Source of the DNA: Acidobacteriota bacterium
GTDB taxonomy: Bacteria > Acidobacteriota > UBA890 > WLXD01
Assembly: GCA_963666215.2 (NCBI GenBank)
Contig: CAXWPL010000005.1
Span: 224,001-288,000 of the forward strand
DNA length: 64,000 bases
Direction: 5' to 3'
The position numbers were made by a program, and so were the translations under genes. This document shows positions 56,838-64,000 of this stretch, piece after piece. The notes under the pieces were generated by a model, which saw nothing but the letters and a program-made list of their open reading frames with translations, did not search any database and had not been told where the DNA came from. Position 1 is the stretch's first letter; each line of letters starts with the position of its first letter.

Positions 56838-58340
56838 CTACTGGGGACCCAGGGTGGCGTCGGCGATACGGCCGTTCAGCAGCTTGAACAGACCGATTGC
56901 CAGACCCCACTGGAAGAGGCAGGTGCCCAGCGTGAACACCGCGATCGGATTCCACCAGTCCTCGCCGCCCTGGGTCGCTTGGGACATCCACCAAACGATC
57001 ATCACGGCGAACTCGATTGGAATCAACCAGTTGACAGCGAAGTCGAACCAGCGCCCCACGGGCAGATCGTTGTCGGCCGTCTCGATGAGCTCCCGCCGGA
57101 AGCGCGCGGTACCGAACTTACGCACCGCCACGGCGAAGAAGAAGCCCGACACCATGAGGCCAACACCCCACACCGAATCCTGATTGTTGAAGAAGTCGAG
57201 GCTCAAGGCCGACGGGATCCCGAGAAGGAACCCGCCGCCACACACAAAAAACAGCGCCTTGCTCCGTGGTAGCCCGGCATCGATGAAGATGCGTGTCGAC
57301 ATTTCGATCATGGCAATCAGCGACGAGATCGCCGCCGCCACGAGCGCAACGAAGAACAGCACCAGGAAGACCGGCCCCCCCGGCATCTGGCGGAAGAGCT
57401 CGGGTACCCAGTAGAAGCTCAGTGCGGTGTTACCCGGGCCGGCGGTGGTCAGAATTTCCTCGATCTGCCCCGCCTGCTCGGGCGGAACCAATGCAAAGAC
57501 CGCGGCAATAACCATGATCCCGGCGAGGAGCGACGCCGAGTTGTTACCGAAGCCGATCGTCATCGAGTTCATGACGATGTCGTCGCGCTTGCGGGTGTAG
57601 ATCGAGTAGGTGAGCAGAAGGCCATAGCCGGCGCCGGTCGACCAGGCCGACTGTGTCAGGCCTTCGAGCCAGATCCGGTAGTCGAGCAGCTGTGAGAGAT
57701 CCGGGTTGAACAGAAAATCGAGCCCGGCGGCGGCGCCCGGCAGTGTTACGGCGCGCACGGTGCCGAGCATCAGGATCGCGAAAAGCAGGGGAATGAGCAG
57801 CTTGTTGGCGCGCTCGATGCCACCAACGACACCTCTGTAGACGATCGCTCCGGCCCCCGCAATCGCCACGAGATGGAAGAAAACCGGCTCCCAACCGCTC
57901 GCCTGGAACGACTCCCAGTAGTCGCGCCCTCCGGTCGTCGCGAGATTGCCGTTCATGGCACCCAGCAGATACTTGACGCACCAGCCCGCGACGACGGAAT
58001 AGTAGAACATGATCGCCATGCTGCAGAAGCCGACGAAACACCCCATCCAGGCGTAGTTACGGCCCATGATGTGGCCGAAAGCGCCCACCGTTCCCTTACG
58101 GGCGTGGCGCCCCATCGCCGATTCGATCATCAGCAGCGGAATCGACCACAGCAGCAGAAAGACGAACCAGGGAATCAGGAAGGCGCCGCCGCCGTTCTGA
58201 GCCGCGATGCGCGGGAAGCGCCAGATGTTGCCGGTGCCCACGGCCATGCCGATGGCGGCCAGCAGGAGGCCCCAGCGCGAGCTGAAGAGCTCGGCGGCCT
58301 TCGGAATCTTGGTGATCTGGGCTGAAGCGCTCGACGTCAT
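56838..58340 (-). CDS. Sodium-dependent transporter, NSS/SLC6 family (paralog 1)
   Basis: GMAVGTGNIWRFP, NGGGAFLIP, GGIERANK, SSLIAMIE. Confidence 0.95.
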   Translation of the reverse strand: MTSSASAQITKIPKAAELFSSRWGLLLAAIGMAVGTGNIWRFPRIAAQNGGGAFLIPWFVFLLLWSIPLLMIESAMGRHARKGTVGAFGHIMGRNYAWMGCFVGFCSMAIMFYYSVVAGWCVKYLLGAMNGNLATTGGRDYWESFQASGWEPVFFHLVAIAGAGAIVYRGVVGGIERANKLLIPLLFAILMLGTVRAVTLPGAAAGLDFLFNPDLSQLLDYRIWLEGLTQSAWSTGAGYGLLLTYSIYTRKRDDIVMNSMTIGFGNNSASLLAGIMVIAAVFALVPPEQAGQIEEILTTAGPGNTALSFYWVPELFRQMPGGPVFLVLFFVALVAAAISSLIAMIEMSTRIFIDAGLPRSKALFFVCGGGFLLGIPSALSLDFFNNQDSVWGVGLMVSGFFFAVAVRKFGTARFRRELIETADNDLPVGRWFDFAVNWLIPIEFAVMIVWWMSQATQGGEDWWNPIAVFTLGTCLFQWGLAIGLFKLLNGRIADATLGPQ

Positions 58341-58349
58341 CGGGCGCGA

Positions 58350-58378
58350 AGGTTACGCAGACATGCCAGCAGCGTCAA
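58350..58378 (-). promoter_or_regulatory. Sigma-70-type promoter of the NSS operon (near-leaderless)
   Basis: TTGACG-N17-TAACCT, with the -10 element 9 nt before ATG 58340. Confidence 0.6.
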
Positions 58379-58438
58379 TCTGCGGACCTCGCTCCACACC
58401 GCCCACGCGAGGATGACGGACTGTCGGTTGCCATCGGC

Positions 58439-59818
<1,380 letters not shown>

Positions 59819-59907
59819 CGTGGGTTCCTACTGTGCGGTTCGAGGGATTCCTGCGCTTCGAATCTCGCGACCCACCGCAGCGACGCGGTCGAGACGCGCG
59901 GGCAGCG

Positions 59908-60375
59908 TCAGGTGGATAGGCGAATCGCCATGAGCTCCTGGCCGTACTCGACTGGCTCGGAATTCTCCTGATAGATCGCAACGACCTCACCCGCCACGTC
60001 GGCGGTGATCTCATTCATCAACTTCATGGCCTCGACGATGCACAACGTCTGACCTTCCACGACGGTGTCGCCCACCTGAACGAAGTTGTCGGCCTTCGGC
60101 TCAGGCGCCGCGAAGAACGTTCCCACCATCGGCGAGCGCACCACATGCTCGTTGTCGGAGCTCGATACTCCCTCTGCGCCGGCGGCGCCGCCGCCGGCAG
60201 CAAGGGCGCCAGCTGCGGGGGCTGCTACCCGCGGCATCGTCACCGTCGCGGCGGGCTGTGCCCACGCGCCCGGCCGCCGGATGCGCACCTGCACGCCGTG
60301 TTGCTCGAGCTCCAGCTCGGCAACATCCTTCTCGATCATCAGATCGATGAGCTCTCTCAGCCGCTCAAGTTCCAT
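59908..60375 (-). CDS. accB: Biotin carboxyl carrier protein
   Basis: SPMVGTF, EAMKLMNEI, PVEYGQ. Confidence 0.98.
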   Translation of the reverse strand: MELERLRELIDLMIEKDVAELELEQHGVQVRIRRPGAWAQPAATVTMPRVAAPAAGALAAGGGAAGAEGVSSSDNEHVVRSPMVGTFFAAPEPKADNFVQVGDTVVEGQTLCIVEAMKLMNEITADVAGEVVAIYQENSEPVEYGQELMAIRLST

Positions 60376-60516
60376 CGCAACGATCCCCGGTCAGTTCGGC
60401 CAGCCGATCCAGCTCTGCGGCTCGACCATCGAGCCCGACGGGCTCCAGTGGCCAAGATCCGGTGGTCCGGACGCCAGAGAATACCATCGGCGTGTTGGGC
60501 TGGCGCCGCCGAACCG

Positions 60517-61653
60517 CTACGGCGCAAACGGCCCCACCGGCAGACGATTGAGCGAGCGTGCTCCAGCTTCCTCGACGACGACCGTGTTCTCGATGCGGAT
60601 ACCCCAGCGGCCGGGATGGTAAACGCCCGGTTCCACAGTAAACACCATTCCTTCCCGCAATCGATCGTCGCTGCGTGCCGTCAACCTCGGCGGCTCGTGG
60701 ATCTCGAGCCCAACGCCATGGCCCAACCCGTGGACGAACGCCTCGGCCAGCCCTTCCTCTCGAAGCCGCGCGCGCGCCACCTCGTCGACATCGGCGGCAA
60801 GAACGTCGTCGGCGATCGCACCCATCGCGGCTTCCTGAGCGGCCGCCACCGCACTGTGCGCGGCAAGCCAGTCCGCCTCCGGCTCCGATCCGACCCAGCC
60901 GACGCGCGTCATGTCGGAGCAGTAGCCATTGAGCACGCAGCCGAAATCGATCAGTACCGACTCCGCAGCGGCGCCACCGATTAGGCGTGACGTCGGTCGG
61001 GCGTGCGGCAGCGCCGTGCGCTCGCCGCAGGCAACGATCGTCTCGAACGCCATGCGTTCCGCGCCCCGCCGGCGGCAGGCCAGATCCAGCAGGCCCGCCG
61101 CTTCGAGCTCGGTCCGGCCCACCAGGCCGCCGTCCACAACCTCCTGGAAGGCCTCTTCGGTAAGCGCCACCGCCGCCGCGAGGTACTCGTGCTCGACGGC
61201 ACTCTTCGTCGAACGCGCCGCTGCTACCGGCGCCTCCAGCGGAACCCACTGCACGGCCGATATGTCGCGTCGCAACGCGCGGAAAGTCGACACGCTGAGG
61301 TCGGACGCGTCGAAACCCACCACCACCTCACGCCGTTCGAGAAGTCGTCGCAACGAGGCCGAGAGACCGCCCTCGCCGACGACGATCTCGCAGTCGCCCG
61401 TCTCACGCGCTGCCTGCTCTCGATAGCGCGCGTCGGTCAGTAGCCGCGGCGGGCCCATCTCGCGGTCGAGCAATAGCCAGGCTGAGCTGCCCGTGAAGCC
61501 CGATAGGTAGCGTACGTCCGCGCCTCGGCTAATGAGGACCGCCGATAGACAGTCGCCGGTCGATGACGAACAGGCGGCCGCCGCGGCGTCTGCCACGGCG
61601 GCCCACCGTTGCGCGCGCTTGGAGGAGCGCTCACCGGTTGTGGAATTGCTCAC
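60517..61653 (-). CDS. Xaa-Pro peptidase (M24B)
   Basis: YLSGFTGS, TDARY, LPHA, IDFG..YCSDMTR, HGLGHGVGLEIHE, TVEPGVY, GIRIE. Confidence 0.95.
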   Translation of the reverse strand: MSNSTTGERSSKRAQRWAAVADAAAAACSSSTGDCLSAVLISRGADVRYLSGFTGSSAWLLLDREMGPPRLLTDARYREQAARETGDCEIVVGEGGLSASLRRLLERREVVVGFDASDLSVSTFRALRRDISAVQWVPLEAPVAAARSTKSAVEHEYLAAAVALTEEAFQEVVDGGLVGRTELEAAGLLDLACRRRGAERMAFETIVACGERTALPHARPTSRLIGGAAAESVLIDFGCVLNGYCSDMTRVGWVGSEPEADWLAAHSAVAAAQEAAMGAIADDVLAADVDEVARARLREEGLAEAFVHGLGHGVGLEIHEPPRLTARSDDRLREGMVFTVEPGVYHPGRWGIRIENTVVVEEAGARSLNRLPVGPFAP

Positions 61654-61688
61654 GCTGGCCGCGCTACCGAGCGGCGATCATGTCTTCT

Positions 61689-62228
61689 CTATTCGCCATT
61701 GATGATGATTTCGTTCGACCGAGCGGTAACGTCGCCGCTGACGAAGTCGAGCAGTTCCGCGATGACGATCACCGTGCCCGGGAGCACCATCGTCACCTGA
61801 TTCACGGACACTCCTCCGGTGTCAGTGAATGCCGCGCTCTCGTTGGCAAGGTATGCACTCGCCGAGGTGTCGCTGACGATGGTGAAGCGCACCGGCACCC
61901 CGGTGATCACGCTGCCCGAACGTCGGTCGCTGACAGAAGCGTGAATCGAAGTCTGAACAGGGAGCGTGCCCGTAAGTGTCGTGTCCTCGGTAGACGCCCC
62001 ACCGATCCGCAGAGTGATGACCGTGGCCGACGAGACCTCAGTCGTTGTCGCGATCACCTGGTTGGACGTTGCCTGGTAGCGCCAGCCGCCGCCGATGAGC
62101 AAGATCACCCCCACAAACGCGGCGGCAATCCACAGCTGGTTGCCGACGAGTTGCATCGACGGCATCCCGAAACCGGAGCCACTCTGCTCCTTTTCACCTT
62201 CATAGCCCAGCAGGTTGATGCGAATCAT
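61689..62228 (-). CDS. Apparent chimera: PilN N-terminus and TM fused to a beta-rich Ig-like C-terminus
   Basis: MIRINLL (PilM-binding INLL motif) and a TM directly after pilM, then a Thr/Ser/Val-rich region (GVPVRFTI...FTDTGG) instead of the PilN coiled coil. Confidence 0.65.
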   Translation of the reverse strand: MIRINLLGYEGEKEQSGSGFGMPSMQLVGNQLWIAAAFVGVILLIGGGWRYQATSNQVIATTTEVSSATVITLRIGGASTEDTTLTGTLPVQTSIHASVSDRRSGSVITGVPVRFTIVSDTSASAYLANESAAFTDTGGVSVNQVTMVLPGTVIVIAELLDFVSGDVTARSNEIIINGE

Positions 62229-62235
62229 CGGATCG

Positions 62236-63378
62236 TCACTCGATGACTCCGCGGAGAGCCAGGCCAAGGGCCACGGTGGCCTGTGGTCCGTTCTCCCAGA
62301 CGTACTCTGGGTCGAACCCACTCTCCGGGATGCTGACGCGCCGCAGCGGATCGAATCGCTCCACCGGCCAGCCGAGCTGTTCCTCCAGGCGACTGCTCAA
62401 GTCGGCCACATGCGCTCCCCCACCCGCCAAGAACACGGCGTCGAAGTGCTCCTTGGCGGACTGAGCCTGGTAGAAGTCGAAGGTCTTGCGGATCTCGTTG
62501 ATGATTCGGTCCGAGACCTCGGCGATGCAGTTGCGGACGCGGGGATCGTCGGCAGCGTCACCCAAGCTCGCGCCTTCCTCCCCCTCCTCACTCCAATCCG
62601 CCAACGTCGAGCTGTCGAGCGGAGCTGCCGGGCTTGATCCACTGTCACCGATTCGTCGCAAGACCTCTTCAGCGTCCGTCTCATCGAGCATGAACTGCCC
62701 GCCCAGCTCGCTCACGTACTGCCGCACGCCCACCGCGATATCGCGCCAGAACACCGGGCGACCACCCTCGAGCACCGCCATGTTGATGATGGAGGCTCCC
62801 AGGTTGAGCAGCACAACATCCTCGAACTGCCGCTCTGGGTAGTTGAACTCGAACGCGTTCTGCATTGCGAAGGCGTCGATATCCATCACCTTCGCTTCGC
62901 GCTTGGCGTGTTCGATAACACCGACGTGCTCATCGATTCGGTCGCGCTTCGCAGCAACCAGGACAACGTCCATGGTCTCGTTGTCCTCGTCGTCATCGAG
63001 AATCGCGAAGTCGAGGTCGACCTCGTCGATGGCAAACGGGATATGGGAGTCGGCCTCGTACGGGAGCGTGTCGCGCAGCTCCTGAGACGACATCCGAGGC
63101 ACGTCGACGCGGCGGACGATGACCGCGTTGCCGGAAATCGAGGCCGCGACCTGCTTGCTCTTGACCTTGTGCTGGTCGAGCAGCTCGGCGACGACCTGAG
63201 ACACAGCGTCGGGCTGGACGATGGCGCCGTCGACGATAGCTTCGTCGGGCAGCTCCGCGAGCCCGAAATTCGTCAGCTCGAACGGAAGGTCACCCTTGCA
63301 GGCTCGCAGGGAGACCAGCTTGACTGAATGAGACCCGATATCGAGTCCCACTTGTGATCGGGTCCGTGACAGGAACAT
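62236..63378 (-). CDS. pilM: Type IV pilus assembly protein PilM (actin/FtsA fold)
   Basis: VGLDIGSHSVK, IVDGAI, HIPFAIDEVDLDF, DVVLVAAK, EIRKTFDFY, LAGGGA, VALGLALR. Confidence 0.95.
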   Translation of the reverse strand: MFLSRTRSQVGLDIGSHSVKLVSLRACKGDLPFELTNFGLAELPDEAIVDGAIVQPDAVSQVVAELLDQHKVKSKQVAASISGNAVIVRRVDVPRMSSQELRDTLPYEADSHIPFAIDEVDLDFAILDDDEDNETMDVVLVAAKRDRIDEHVGVIEHAKREAKVMDIDAFAMQNAFEFNYPERQFEDVVLLNLGASIINMAVLEGGRPVFWRDIAVGVRQYVSELGGQFMLDETDAEEVLRRIGDSGSSPAAPLDSSTLADWSEEGEEGASLGDAADDPRVRNCIAEVSDRIINEIRKTFDFYQAQSAKEHFDAVFLAGGGAHVADLSSRLEEQLGWPVERFDPLRRVSIPESGFDPEYVWENGPQATVALGLALRGVIE

Positions 63379-63544
63379 AAGGGCCACCACCAAGCGGCGG
63401 ACCCGGCTTGCTTTTCGCCCGTTCCTATTATTGAGGGCAAGGGGCGGCGGCTGTCAAGCTCCGGTGGTGCGTTTCGCTGACTTTTTCTGCGAGTTGACGC
63501 GCGCCCATGTCACTCCGCAGGCGTCGTCGACCTGGTCGTAGGTG

Positions 63545-63574
63545 TTCACAAGGCCGTGTGCGCCCTGCTAGAAT
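63545..63574 (+). promoter_or_regulatory. Putative sigma-70 promoter of rpmB (extended -10)
   Basis: TTCACA-N18-TAGAAT with TGn directly before the -10. Confidence 0.5.
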
Positions 63575-63661
63575 GGCTCTCTCTCGCGGCCGCGCGCTCT
63601 GCGCGGCACCATCAGGCGCTCGCGGGCGCTGATCGATCTTCGCGCTCGAACGGGGTTTCGA

Positions 63662-63856
63662 ATGGCCAATCGTTGTGATTTCTGCGGCAAGGGGCCTCGC
63701 GCCGGCAACAACGTCTCGCACGCCAACAACCGCACGAAGCGCCGCTTCGAACCGAACATCCAGAAGGTTCGCGCGATCGTGAACGGGGCTCGGAAGCGCG
63801 TCCGGGTCTGCACCTCCTGCCTCAAGACGGGTCGCGTGCAGAAAGCGGTCTCCTAG
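63662..63856 (+). CDS. rpmB: 50S ribosomal protein L28 (Zn-binding CxxC form)
   Basis: [32 protein letters not shown]. Confidence 0.98.
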   Translation: MANRCDFCGKGPRAGNNVSHANNRTKRRFEPNIQKVRAIVNGARKRVRVCTSCLKTGRVQKAVS

Positions 63857-63970
63857 CCGCCCGATCTTGGCTGCCTGGTGGGACCGCCCGCTGGCGCCCA
63901 GGACGTCGCCGACGGACTCACTGCTGCCGCTTGGGGCGTAGCGTAGGTTGTTGATCGGGCCATCTATGAC

Positions 63971-64000
63971 CTAGGCGTAGGCGACCATCTCGATCTCAAC
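63971..64000 (-). CDS. 3' end of a probable RidA/YjgF-family gene (partial)
   Basis: Only VEIEMVAYA* is visible; it resembles the VEIE C-terminus of Rid proteins. Confidence 0.45.
   Translation of the reverse strand, partial: VEIEMVAYA

Noticed and set aside
60376-60516. efp, often found between the M24 peptidase and accB
   Set aside because: The gap is only about 140 bp with no EF-P-like sequence.
63427-63457. pilM promoter TTGACA...AATAAT
   Set aside because: Perfect -35 but 19-bp spacing to the best -10; plausible but not supportable.
63859-63960. 8-bp inverted repeat GCCCGATC...GATCGGGC after rpmB
   Set aside because: Too short, with no clear internal pairing or target duplication, to call an RNA or MITE.

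Overview
High-GC bacterial chromosomal window from a lipid-A-containing diderm. The gene repertoire (GWxTD, ASPIC/UnbV, sulfatase-fold-TPR fusions, Oar-type TonB-dependent receptor) suggests Acidobacteriota, which is an inference. It is mostly housekeeping: dnaE (5' part), priA, lysA, UDG, coaBC, rpoZ, gmk, yicC, DUF374/LpxJ-like, msbA, lpxB, a glycosyltransferase/WcaJ/UXS cluster, aroB, a racemase, gcvT-H-PA-PB, proS, aroK, aroA, two NSS transporters with a small MetS-like subunit missed by the ORF track, accC, accB, an M24 peptidase, pilM and rpmB. The best candidate for an undescribed system is the 36.8-52.8 kb block of predicted exported proteins: GWxTD-TPR, a small secreted protein, an Oar-type TonB-dependent receptor with a sigma-54-type promoter, a translationally coupled TPR / ASPIC-UnbV / TPR / sulfatase-fold-TPR operon, and a second divergent sulfatase-fold-TPR gene. 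Both 'sulfatases' carry TLPSH instead of C/SxPxR. Three lesions are visible: a 13-bp tandem duplication splitting one sulfatase-TPR, a 1-bp frameshift splitting a ~1475-aa M14 peptidase, and an apparent pilN::Ig-domain fusion with pilOPQ absent. There is also a CTAG-flanked MITE-like element and a 38-bp tandem duplication. No rRNA, tRNA, CRISPR array or intact transposase was seen. All calls come from motif recognition by eye; no searches were run.
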